Shown: positions 26,101-38,254 of the stretch, piece after piece
Layout: every line of letters starts with the position of its first letter
Position numbering within the stretch: position 1 is the stretch's first letter
From: Parvularia atlantis
Lineage: Eukaryota
Direction of reading: 5' to 3'
Assembly (NCBI GenBank): GCA_943704415.1
Contig: CALSCO010001328.1
Span: forward strand, 1-64,000
Length of the DNA stretch: 64,000 nt
Program-made: the position numbers and the translations under genes
Notes under the pieces: model-generated
Told to the model about the DNA's origin: nothing
Seen by the model: only the letters and a program-made list of their open reading frames with translations
Databases searched by the model: none

Positions 26101-29100
26101 GCTCGTGTACGATGGGCCGCATCGCTGCGCACGCACCCGTCGAAATCGCGCTCGCCATCATCTTCTCCGCGCGCTTCTCGACCATGACGCTCGCCAGCAG
26201 CGCCTGAGTGCCGTGAGCACGGACGGCGGCAGCAAAACAAGCACTGCTGCGCAGACGCACCAGCGGCGGGTGAAACGGGTGTGTGGCACACAGGGCGTGA
26301 AACTCGTCGCGCGGAAGCTCGAGGTTCTCGCACGCGTGCACGAGCGCCTGAGGAAGTTCGGGTATCTCGCCGCCGTCCGCAGCGAACACCTCTGCGAAGC
26401 CCCCCCCCCCGCTGTCGAGTCAATGCACCTCGTGCAGCGAGCACATTGTGCAGCACGCACGTGAGAAGGACAAAAGCGCGCCGCCGCACACGTTCTCGGG
26501 GTAGACTGCGCCGGTGCCCGTGATGGTGAAGTCGCTCGGCTGCGGGTGCGGTCCAGCATGAGACACCGCTGCCGCGCCGTGCGCTGCTGCACCTTGTTCA
26601 CGGTCACGACGGTGTGCGCTCGCAAGGCGCAGTGCTGCAGGTCCACCAGCGAGCTCGTCGCGAGGGCCATGCTCTGCACGCGCGCAAGGTCAGAGACGGC
26701 GTGCGGGCGTCTCGCCGCAGCGCAGCCGGACCGCCGGTGCCTCCTCGAGGCCGCTGGACGCGTCGGGGCACATGACGTCGATCATGTGCGGCAGGTAGCC
26801 CTCGCGCGTGATGAGGCTCAGCAGCGCCGTGCCGGAGCTGAGCTCGAGCAGTCTGGGGTGCGTTGGCACAATCAGCGCGCTCCTAGGTCACGGAGGGAGC
26901 GGACCGCAGCGTCGTTTGGCTGGCGAGCGCGCTCAGGCACGTGACGCTGACCATGTTTGCTGCGCGCGACCGGGTGAGGCGACCGGGCGTCGCGTGCGGC
27001 GCCTGCCTGACGCACAGGCCGACTGCTGCTGAAGCAGCCGCTTGTGGACGGCCGGAAGGGTGAGCGTGCGCAGCAGGCCCGTCCGCGCCTCGGCCGTCAT
27101 CAGCTCGCCGAGCGTGGCCGTGGTCTTCTGTACGTCTGCAGCGCACCTCACTGTGGTCACCCACTCGCCAGCACCGACGCGCGCGCACGTGTGCACCTTC
27201 GCTGGGCAGCACGCCGGCGATCTTGAACGTGTCGCAGCGGATGGCCTGTCCGGTCGCGAGCCGCACACCGTACGTCAGGCCGGCCGAGGACGTGTTGCTG
27301 TCGGTGTTGACCCTGGACAGCGTTGCGGGTCAGCGTCGGCAAAAGCGCGCGCCGTTGGCCCGGCTGCACCACTGCACAACGCCCTCGTTGCCCTCGGTCA
27401 GCAGCACGTGCTGGCCCTCGAGCGGCACCATGCGGTCGCACCCGAGCAGGTACAGCGCCGCCACGCCGCGGTAGACGTGCTCGCGCCTGCCAGGCCCGTG
27501 TGAGCCGCCGAGCAGCGCAAGCGAGCAGCCGCGCACGAGAGCGTCTTGACCGCTTCATCCGTCCCGGCCGCCAGCAGTGTGCCGATGTGCGTCGGCAGCG
27601 CTGCGACCGCGCTGTTGACGACGTCCGACAGCGCCTTGAGCCACACGACCGAGTCCTGTAGCCGCGGTCAGCGCCCGCACACACGCACCCGCGAAAGCAA
27701 AGGTGAGCGCACCCGCGCGCCAGCCATCATGTCGACGAGCGAGCCCACGGTCATAAGCATGCCCACGTCCGGCTTGAGGACAAACTCTGTGCGCACCAGG
27801 TCAGCGACCACGCGCGGGCAGCGCAAGAGGGGTGCGCCGCGTGCCCGGCTGGAAGAGGTTGAGGTGGCCCGACGACTGCAGGAGCGCGCCCAGCACGCTC
27901 AAAACGTCGACCTGCGCATGCGGCGGCGGCTCGACGCGGCCTGCGCGGCCAGTCAGCACGCGTTACGGGCAAGCCATGGGCAGCGCGCGCACGCGTCAGC
28001 TTGAGCTCGCGGTGGATGTTGTTAAACAACGTGACGTCCGTGTCCGGCAGGAGGCGTGCGAGCATGCGGTAGGCGGTCATCTGCGGCGGCGCGCGGTCAG
28101 GCTCGCCGGTGCTCACAGCGTCGCGCGGGGCGCCGTGCCGACTGCTCGGGCAGGTTGATGGCCCGGAGCAGCAGCGGGACGAGGTCGACAAAGTGGTGCG
28201 CCGCAACGCCAAAAGTGCTCAGCGACAGCACCAGGCGCAGCAGAAGCACGCCCACTTGCGACCCGGCTGTCGAGCACCGTGAGCACGACTGCACGCTTCA
28301 CGCTGCGCGACGCACTTGCTGTCGACTTGTCTTGCGGCGCGGGCGGCAGCTCGTTGGCGCTGAAGAAGCGCGCGAGCTGCTTCTTGACCTCGACGATGAT
28401 CGGGTACGGGTCGACTTGCATCGGGTCCTCAAGGTGTGCTGCGCGCGGCCGCTGCCGTCAGAGCTGCGCGCTGCACATTGCAGGCACGCACCCCACACGG
28501 GCTGGAAGACCAGGTACATGATCAGCTTCTGCGTGCGGTGCGCGAGGAATCGGCGCAGCTTCCTGTCCGCGTGCCGCATGGACTGCGGCGGTCGCTCGCC
28601 GGTCAGAACTGCGCGTCTTTGTTGTGCACGGGACGGCGCACCTCCAGGAACGCCACAAGGCGCGCAAGCACGCCCGAGCGCAGCGCGATCTCCTGCACGG
28701 CCTCCGGGCGCAGGTTGAGCGTCACTAGGTTGAGCGAGCTTGCGTGCGCGGCGGCGTCGGTCGGCACCGATTTGACGCCGAGGGCGCCATGCGCAGACGC
28801 ACTGGAGGGCCTGCGCGATCTGGTCGGTGCCGGCGCTGGGATCCAGCGTCGGCTGCGCCAGGTTGTCCGAGAAGGCAGGCACGACGCCGAGCTGTCGGAA
28901 GAGTGCACAACGGGCTGAGTGGAGCGGCGCACAGAGCACTTCGCGGCCGCACCTCGGTGAGTGTCGCCAGCTGCTCGTGCATCTGCTTGGCCAGCGCGCT
29001 GCCACACGCCAGCGCCAGCAGCGGGTGGACGAGCTGCTTGCTCTGCGCCGCGCGCCCGCAGAACGCGTGAGCGACACGCGAGCTCGCGGTGCACGCGCGC

Positions 29101-32100
29101 ACATCGAGCATGACCGGGCCGAGATGGTTCCACAACGACGCCAGCACCTTCGGGCGGAAGGCCGGCGCCAGGCCACGCAGGCAGCCGTTGAGGCGCTGCA
29201 AGATGTAGAGCTGCGCATCACGCACGCGCGTCAACGGCTCGCGGCGCAAGGGACGCGGCAGCAGAGCACCTTCTGCGACGTCCGCTTGCGCTGCTCGAGC
29301 AGCAGCGTCCGCAGCTCGTCCAGCGTGACGTCGTCCTCGCCGAGCACGTACTCGCGCACCTGCGTAGCGCGTGTGAGCGAGCAGCGGACGCACAACGCGG
29401 CCGGGCAGCACCTGATCGCCCGATGACACATCGCTGCGGCTCACGACGGTGCGGCCGGACGCGCGGTCGTCGCCGAGCCGCTTGAACGACTTCCACCGGC
29501 CGACCGACTCGATCAGCAGGGCCGGCTTGCGCCAGGCCTGCGACCGGTCCGCCTCGGGCTGATGTGCCTCAGCCACAAGCTGCGTGCACCGCACCCGTCC
29601 GCACGCACCTTGGTCAAGGTGCCGATGAGGCTCGACGCCAGCAGCCATTTGCTGCCCGCGCGCGAGTCGCGCTTGCCGAGCGACAGCTTGCCCTGCAGCG
29701 GTGCCTTGGTGCCCTGCGAGACACACAGAGCACGCGCGTGAGCAAAGCGTGCGTGTGTACCGCCTCAAGACGACACGCACGTCGGACGCGGGCTGATGCA
29801 GTGTTACCACGCCGCCGCTGGTCGTGCGCCCCACGGGGCGCTTCGTGCTGGCTTCGTCCATCGACGACGTGCGACTGAGGGTCGATGGCGTCGCGCTGCG
29901 GCTCGCGTCCGATGCGTCATCGCGAGCCTCCTCGGCCGAGAGCGAGAGGTCGCGGCGGCGCGCGTGGGCGTCGGCGTCGCTGAAACTGGTGCGCGTCGTG
30001 CGTGAGCGACGGCCGCTGCGCCGCGGCAAGGACGTACACGCTCGCAACCTCGTTCACGAGGAAGGTGCAGCGCTCGTACACCTGCTGCGCGAGCGAGATC
30101 GTGGCCATCTTGGGGCGCAGCGCCTCGTGGACAGTCTGCCGCGTGCGCGCGTCTCAGCTGCAGCATCGGACCGCGTGCGCCAAGCAACGCACGGGCAACG
30201 CCTCGTCGCTCTTGCACACGAGCACGTGCGAGCGCTGGTCGATGTCGTCCTCGGCCGGCTCGAGCGACGGCAGGCGCAGCACCACGATCTTGTCGGCAGC
30301 CAGCCCGGTCAGCCACGGCACTGCGCTTACGCCGCTTCAGCCAGCCAGATCATCATGCACGGCCGCCAGGCGCACGCGAGCGCTCCGCGTTCTCGACCAT
30401 CTCGCGTTTGAGCGCGTCCAGCGACGTCGGCGGCGCGCCTTGCCAGCGCCTGGGCGCAAACAGGGCGTGGTCAGCGCTGCACGCGCGCGGGTGTAGGCAG
30501 GATGCACCGCGGCTTGCCCGTCGACACGCGCACGTCGTCCGCCGACCAGACGTACAGCAGGTACTTTGACTTGGCCTCCTGCATCTGCCGGCGGAACTTG
30601 CGGCCGGCGGCACAGACCTCGCGCAACGGCACGGGCGCGTCCCTACGTCAACGCTGAGTCGCGCAGCAAGCGAGCGCGAGCGGCGTGCAACGCACGCGCG
30701 CGCGTCGGGCGCGCTCTCAATCGCGTGTGCGAGCTTGATCGCCGAGCTGACGAGGCCGTTAAAGCGCAGGAGCGAGGCGATGGCCGCTGGTGCGTCTCAG
30801 GCACGCTATGCATCGTCGCACAAAAGCGCGCGCGGTGACGCACCACGCTCGGCCGCCTCCATGAACCGGTCGCTGCTGATACGCGCCGAGATAATGGCGC
30901 TGTCCTGCTTGGCGTACCTGAGCGGCCGCGTTGAGCGCAGCGACGCGCCGGCGGCAGCCACGGCGCACCGGTGCATGTAGTGGAAGAAGCGGCCGGCGGG
31001 CGTGCTCTTTGTGTCGACGTTTGTGGCCAGCTCGAGCACGCCGTCGGCGTTACGCTTGACGTGCTCTCTCAGGGCCAGATCGCTCAGGAAGCGCGCCTCG
31101 TCGTCGGCGCGGCTCGAAGCCGCGTCCTGCAGTCCGTCACGGAACACCTGCGCGCCGCTCGCGTGTCAGCTTCTCGGCGATCGGCGCGGGCAGGCACGTG
31201 CCTTGAGGCTCAGCAGCTTGGCGTGCTCGGCCGCGTGCGGCGTGGCCGACATCAGGCTCTTTGTGGTGACGTAGCCCAGCAGTCTGTGCGGCGTTAGCGC
31301 TCAGCACTCGCGCCAGGTCAAGCGCGGTGCGCGCACTGGGCCAGTGCCGTCGTCGCCGTCCGCGTCTCTGGGGTGTCGGTGGCCCTGCACGAACACACAT
31401 CAGTAGATGTGTCGTGCATACGTGCTTTGCAAGAGCGCACTGATGAGCGGCCGGGAGCACGGCGCAGAGCGTCTCGAGCCACGGCCACTGGTTGAGCTGC
31501 AGCAGGCTGGCGACGGATGCACGCAGCTCAGCGGCATGCGCGCGGCGCACGGCAGCACGCACGCGGGCAGGTCGGGGCGCGACACGGCCGCAAAGCACGC
31601 CATCAGCCAGTCGTTCAGCAGCGGCAGTGCCTGCGGAGCATGCGGTCAGAGCAGGCCACGCTCGGCTGCAAAGGGCCGCACCCGCGTCACGTCGGCCGCG
31701 GGCTCGCGCAGCATGGCGAGCAGAAGGCCGCCGAGCACGCTGAAGGTCGGCGCGTGCCATGCGGTTGCCATGGCGTAGTACTGGGCACAAGGGGCGGGCC
31801 TCAGTGCTCACGTCGCAAAACACGCGTCAACGCACCGGCTCAAGCGTCAGCTGCGCCTGCGCGGTGCCGGCGAGGGCAGCCCACGCGCGCGGCAGGGTCA
31901 GCGTGCCGACATCGCCGATGATCGGGTCCGACTGGTAAATGGCCAGGCCGCCCGTTGCGGCGCAGCGCGTGAGCTCGACCTCGGTCCGAACATCCTGGCA
32001 TCGGCGTAAGCCCTGAACATGCCCTCCTGCACACCGCGCACCAGCACGACGCGCCCCGTGACCGACGCGCTCTCCGCGCAGATCAGCCGCAGGAAGCACC

Positions 32101-35100
32101 TGCCGCGCAGCAGCGGCGCGTCGTTGACTGCCGCGCGGCGCAGCAGTCAGTGCCTCACGTGCGCATGGTAGGCCTGCGCACGCACGGCGGTGCTCCTGCG
32201 TAGCCAGCGGCAGCTCGACGGCGCTCGCGCGCTGGCCCTTGTGGCTCTCGTAAGGGCCGTACTGCGTGCGCGCGCCGCCTCAGGACGCGATCGCGATCGG
32301 CCTCCGGCATTCAGCGCAGACACGCACGGCGGCTGCGAGGAGCTGGCGGAAGACAAACGAGACAAAGCCGACGTTCATGCTCGTGCGCAGCGACGCCGTG
32401 GCCGTGAGCACCTCCACGTACTGCACACGAACAGGTGAGCGAGGCCACACGCATCGGCCCTGCACGCACCTGCACAAACGCGCGCAGGACCACCGTGTTG
32501 TCACCGCACACGAGGCGCGCAGCACAGGCCGCCGCGATCTTGCCGTTCATCACCATGCTGTCGTTGGTGCGTGACGCGGCGACTGCGCGGTGGCGGCGGT
32601 CATGCGCCGGAGCGCGATTGGCAGCACGCTGCACGGCACCGCTGAGCATGCGCAGGATAAGCTTGTCGGCGGCCTCGGGCGCGGCGCGAAGCGTGACCGC
32701 AAACGACGCCATCGCGAGCTCGGCCACGGAGCGCGCCAGGAGACCCTTGGTGGGCGTCAGCGGGCGCGCGTCGTCGCATGCCGCGCGGCGCACCGGTGCA
32801 TGGCTGGTCAGGTCGGCCTCCTGCAGGCGTCGGAGGGCTGCGAGGGTGGTAGAGCCGACGACGGCGCGGTGCTCGGCGGCTGGACCGCGCGTGAGCCGGT
32901 CAGCGCTGGCATACCACGTCGCGCACCTTGCAGCTGCGCCGCGACACGGCCAACAAACGCAGCGCACGCCAGCACCGCTGTGCGCGCGAGCACATCGCGC
33001 TCGGCGTCGGCGCGCTCGACCGCTGGCAGGAGCACACGCTCGATCAGCACGCCGACCGAGTCGCCCGCGGCCTCGGCAACAGCGGCAGAGCAGAGTCTGT
33101 GCAGTGGCCGGTGCGGTCAGGGCCGACAGCGGCAGCAAGCCACGCGCGCACCGCATCGTCTGTGGGCGCTTGGGAAAGTCGAGCGGGACGGCGAAGGGTG
33201 TCGTGAGCGCCTTGAGCAGGCACAGCAGCGCGTGCAGGACCGTGCGAAACGTCCAGCAGTCCTGTGCCGCGCGGCGTGAGCGCCAGCGCCGCCGGCTGTG
33301 GTCGCTCGCGCACCTGCGTGCTCAGCGCGACGTCAAGCGCTCGCTGGTCGTGCAGCGACAGGCTGCTGTTTGGGATCACGTGCATCTGCGACGGGCCGCG
33401 CCGCTCCAGTCACCAACGCGGGCGGCAACGAGCGGGCGCACGCTGCGTCTGCTGGAGCTCGACGGCAGGACGCAGTACTGGTTAGCGGACGCGACATAGA
33501 CCTGCGGGCGGCGCGAGCGTGAGTCGCAGCAGCGACAGTGCGCCGTGCGCGGTCGGCTGGCACACCATCGAGCAGTTGGTGGAGCCGGTGGGCTTGCGCT
33601 CGGCCACGAGTGCCGACCAGGCCGGGCTGCAGAAGCTCTCGGGCCTGAAGCGCCCGGTCGTGCGGTCGAGCACGTGGAACATGGGGTAAGTTGTCGAGCC
33701 CCACATGTACTGCACCAGCCAGCCAAGGGCGTCGCCGGCCACGACCATGGACGACGTCGTGAACGCGTTGACCATCTCCTGTGCCTGTACTGCGCTGCTA
33801 AAGTGGCCTGGGCGCCCGCGGGCCGTGCATCAGAGCGACGGCGTTCGCGGGCGCACCGGCTGCGCGCAAACGCACCGCGCACGATCGGCACGGCCTGGTG
33901 CAGCGGGTGGTCGGCGATGATGGGCACGAACGTGCAGCGCTCGCCCAGCGCGACGTCGCGCGCGCTCACAAAGACCATATTGGGCGTGCGGCTGTCGGGC
34001 ACCTTGCGCCACATGCCGAGCGCGCCCTGTGTACCCTCGATGGCCACGACTGCGACGCACGGGCGTCATGCGAACAGTAAAGCACGCGAGCGACGCACCG
34101 AGGCGCGACGATTGCATGAACGGGATCGGCTTGCTGAAGTGCACGACGTGCTGGCCCGCGTGCGGCAGCCGAGCAGCCTCGCGGTGGACGAGGCGCATGC
34201 GGCCCGGTTGTGCGCCCTGTTGGTCGAGCTCCCACACCTCGATCGTCATCGATCCTGCGCGGCACGCGTCAGCGCCTTGTACCTGCACAGGCTGCGACAC
34301 ACCCTCGCCGAGCAGGTCAACGGCGCTCAGGCTCGTGTCGGGCTCGTTGGCAAGGTGCTTGAGCGCGATCGGGACCACCATACGCTGGTGCGGCATGGAC
34401 GTGACCGACATGACGTCGAGCTGAAGGACCGACCGTTACGTGGCGGCGAGCGGGTGCGCGGCTGCGCACCTTGGCCGTCAGCAGCGCCGGGTCGAAGCGG
34501 CGGAGCTCAACGAGCGTGTCCTCGTTGTCGGAGATGACGCCGTCGCCGGCCTGACCGTGCATACAAGGAGCGTCACAACGACGACGCAAGGTGCAGCCAA
34601 AGGGCACGCACCAGCACGGTCTGGGACGCGAGCGTGCACGTCGTCACGACGCGCACAGACCAGGTCGCAGCCGCGTCCTTCTCGAGCGCGAGGGTGGAGC
34701 AGAAGACACTCTGCGGCGCGACGTGGTCAGCGCGCGCGAGACACGGGCGCGCCGCGCACTGTGTCCTTGACGACGACCATGCATAGCGTCATCCCGTCCG
34801 ACAGCAGCTTGAACTGGCTGTGCGGCGTCATGCGCAGGCTGTCCATGAGATCTGAGCGCGGCGCAGCGTCAGCCGCGCGCACTTGCCCAACAGAAGCGCG
34901 CACCAGTCGTGAGCGCGATTGTCTGCTCGACTCGCAGCGTCGCGGCGTCGATCACCTCGGCAAAGACGTCCGTCTCGAAGAGCGTGCGGCTGGCCCAAAG
35001 CAGGCGACCGGGCGCGTACGCGGCCAAGAAGCCGTGCTCGCCCGGCCGGTGCGGCTGCGACGCCTCGACGCGCTCGAGCGACGAGAGCGACAGCTTGTGC

Positions 35101-36547
35101 AGCCCGTTATCGTCATGGACGTACACGACGCCGTCGTCGGCCGCGATGCACGCCTTGTCGCTGATGCTGGAAGGCGTTGCGTGCGCATCAGCCCGCCGGC
35201 GACAGTATCGTGTGCCGCAGACCTGGTCGTGGGCACGACGACGCGTGCAAGCTCGGGGCTCGGCAGCATCGCCGCCTGCTGGCGGAAGCGGTGCAGCGTC
35301 TGCACGAGCGCGCCGTCCCGCGCGACCACAGCCTGGCAGGCACGCGGCGTGAGCAACAGCGCGCGCGCGCGCGTCCAGCCGCACGCGGTGCACCGGCGTG
35401 TCTAATTCGGCCGGCGACGCCTGCACCAGCGCGACACATCCGTCGATGACGGCCTCGAGCGACCAGGCCGGTGTTGCGAGCGCGGCCTCGATGCGTGACA
35501 GGGCGTCGCCTGGCGCTGCCGGGGCTGCGCGCGCTCGCCGATTAGCACGTCAAATTGACGCTGGGCGGTCGTGCACCTTGCTTGGCGGCGTCCTGCGGCT
35601 CGCCCAGCTCGTCCACAGTGGCGGTCCGTGCCTGGTTCTGCGCCGCGTGGATCTCTGCCCACATCGCGAGGATGGTGGCGCTGAGGCGGGGCAGGTGCTT
35701 CGCCTGGCTGTTGTTGCCGAGCTCGCGCTTGATCTCGGCCGGCGCCTGGCGCAGGTGCTTGCGCAGCCTGGTGCGCAGCGCGTGCGGGTTCGCGTCCTCG
35801 TCCTCGGGGCTGGGCGCGCGCGCAGTGCGTGTCAGAGCAATGTCGCCGCTGAACCCCGCCGCTGGCAACAAACTCGTCCTGGGCCTCCTGCGACGACGCG
35901 CTCGTTCCGACGTCGCCGATCCACGCGCTCTCGTCGACGCCGAGCGCCGGGTCAGCGAACGCCTCGAGCGCCTCCTCGAGCGCCGAGCTCTTGCTGTCAA
36001 AGGCGGGCTGTGTGACGCCCCCGTTGCCATCAAATGCGGCCATCTGGAGGAAGTAGACGCTCTGCGAGTGCGCCGTGAGGTTTGGGTCAGAGGCAGGGCG
36101 CGCGTGCTGTGGGCGCACCGATGGCTCGAGCATGCACTGAACAAGGGCCTCCGGCGCGTCCGGCACGAACTGAAAGAGGTTGAGCGCGGCGACTGGCTGG
36201 TCGGGCTCGTGCGGTAGGACGCGCAGGGTCGGCGCGCCGTCGCGGATCTCGACCGCGACGATGCTGCCAGCGCTGGCGCCCCGTCCGCGCAGCACGCCGT
36301 CCTCCAGCACGACGTCGGCGTCCTCGAGGCGCCCGAGCGGGCGCAGGACAACACGTCCCTGGTCGATGCTGAGCAGGTGCCCAAACGCGACGTGTCGGAG
36401 CGCGCTGCCGCGCCGGCGCGAGTGTCGGAAGCGGTCGCTGCCGTCGTCGCGCGGCGGCACGAGCACGGGCGTGCCGCCTGCGCCGTCCGGCGCGAGGTGC
36501 AGCCCACTCTGCAGGTGCCGCAGCGCGCCTATCGGCCGACGATCCAT
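20164..36547 (-). CDS. Giant HECT-type E3 ubiquitin ligase (HECTD4-like, tentative)
   Basis: C-terminal HECT: FRASFVAEGASDMGGPYRETF, NNRDKLVPN, FQFLGVLMGIA, YFWAALESFTDAERSLFLTFVWGRS and LPVSHTCFFKLDLPPY (catalytic Cys). Spliced exons appear to continue up to an ATG at 36547 (alternatives 36565/36568). Continuity over the full 16 kb was only partly checked. Confidence 0.75.
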
Positions 36548-36565
36548 GACGTAATATTGCGTCAT
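36546..36565. promoter_or_regulatory. Near-perfect palindrome with two CRE/ATF-like half sites between divergent start codons
   Basis: ATGACGTAATATTGCGTCAT has 9 of 10 positions paired and lies between the HECT and Dad1 ATGs. Its function is inferred. Confidence 0.5.
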
Positions 36566-36566
36566 C

Positions 36567-36860
36567 ATGGATGAGCTCGTCAGCGACGCAGTACAGGCGT
36601 GGCCGCGCATGCCGCAGCGCTCGCGGCGCTCAACTCGTGGCGCGCAGGGCCTCGACCGCGTCGCGCAGGCGATGGCGCAGCTCGCGACCAACCTCGACCA
36701 GATCGCCGCCAACGGGCGCCGCGTCGACGAGCTGAACGCGCTCTGGTCGTCGCTGCATACGGCCGTCATCAATCACACGGCCGCCGCGGCGGGGCTGCCG
36801 GGCGGAACGGCGGGCGCGGGTGCAAGCGCGCGCGGGACAGAAGCGGGCGGATCGACGTGA
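36567..36860 (+). CDS. DAD1: DASH/Dam1 kinetochore complex subunit Dad1-like
   Basis: Removing a 51-nt GC-AG intron (36597-36647) gives MDELVSDAVQGLDRVAQAMAQLATNLDQIAANGRRVDELNALWSSLH, matching the Dad1 pattern L..NL..I...G......LW..F. Confidence 0.68.
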   Translation: MDELVSDAVQAWPRMPQRSRRSTRGAQGLDRVAQAMAQLATNLDQIAANGRRVDELNALWSSLHTAVINHTAAAAGLPGGTAGAGASARGTEAGGST

Positions 36861-36911
36861 CGCCCTCTCGATGCGCTGTACAGGCTCTATCTCTTTCCGT
36901 CTCTTCGTCTC

Positions 36912-38248
36912 TCACGCCGCGCACTCGGCCGCAAAGTCCTGCACCAGGTGCGGCCCGACGATTTCGGCGAAGCGCTCCATCGGGCACAGCGTCGCGTCGA
37001 CCCCAGCCCGCGCCGCCGCCGCCGCGCACGCCGGCAGCGCCTGCGCGCGCCAGTTGTAGAGTACGCGCACGAATGCGGCCTCGTCGGCGCCGCGCTCGCA
37101 CCGCTCGAGCAGCACGTGGCTGCCAAAGTCAGGCCAGCGGCCGTCGTACACGCCCAGCGCGACCAGCAGCGGTGCGACCGTGCTGTCGTGGCCCGAGACG
37201 ACGTGCAGGCGCGCCTGCGGGTCGCGCACGGCCTGCAGCCGGCCGACGATGTCGACGAGCAGGCGGCCCATGCCGAGGCGCAGCATGCGCGGGTGCTCCG
37301 TGTACGGCGCCCACCTGCGCGGCGGCGGCATGCGGCCTCAGCGACAGCGGCAACACAGAGGCAGCGGGGGGGGGGGGGGGGTAGCAACGCACCACTGCTC
37401 GACCGCCATCGCCTCCAGCTGCCGCATCGTCTGCGCGTCGACGACGTCCGGCAGCCGCACGCCGTGCGCCGCCGCGCACGCGAGCATGTCGTAATGCTCG
37501 TGCGCCGTCGGTGCACGCACGCCCGGCGGCAGCGCCAGCGTGGCGGCGATGCGCGCGTTGAGCTCGGCCGCCTGCACGCGCTGGCGCTCCAGCGCGGCCT
37601 TCTTGGTGCTGTCGAACAGCTTGCGCAGGGCGGGGCAGGCGCGATAGTTGGGGTAGATGAACTCGAGGCGCTCGCTGCGCACGGCGATGTCGACCGAGCC
37701 GGCGCTGCCGGGTGCGCGCGTCGCAGGCGGGTACAGCCCGTCGAGCAGGGCCGCGGCCGACTCGATCGCGCGCGTGATCTCGGTCGACTGCACCGAGAGC
37801 AGCGCCGGCTGCAGCTGCAGAGGCAGCAGCCCGAGCCGCTCGGCGTAGACGGCGCGCAGCGCGGCGCCGAAGCTGGTCAGCGTCGCCTTGCCCTGCGCAG
37901 CCCGCGTCAGCAACGGCGGCAGCGGAAGCGACAACAGCGGCACGCGCACCTTGTCTGTGAGCTGCCCCGGCGCACACCGTCCGTCCGGCGCACCCGCACG
38001 GTCCTCGTACACGACGTGCACGGTGCCGCTCGCGGCCATCATGCGCTGCATCACCGACATGCCCGTGCACAGGCACGCGGCGCCGCGCAGGCCCTCGTAC
38101 GGGCTGTAGAGCGCGCTGGCGTGCTGGCCCGTGAGCACGGCGACGCGCGCGCCCGGCGTGCACCGCGCCACCTGCGCTCGCCGTGGCGGTGCACGACCAC
38201 GACGCGCGTGACGCTCACGTCGGCTGGCAGTTGCGCGTACATCGTCAT
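36912..38248 (-). CDS. Histidine acid phosphatase (clade 2, ACP6-like)
   Basis: VVVVHRHGERS, GQLTDKG, VQSTEITRAIESA...GLYP, YPNYRACP, VSGHDSTVAPLL and WPDFGSHVLLE. Start at 38248 or 38242. Confidence 0.9.
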
Positions 38249-38254
38249 GAAAGC

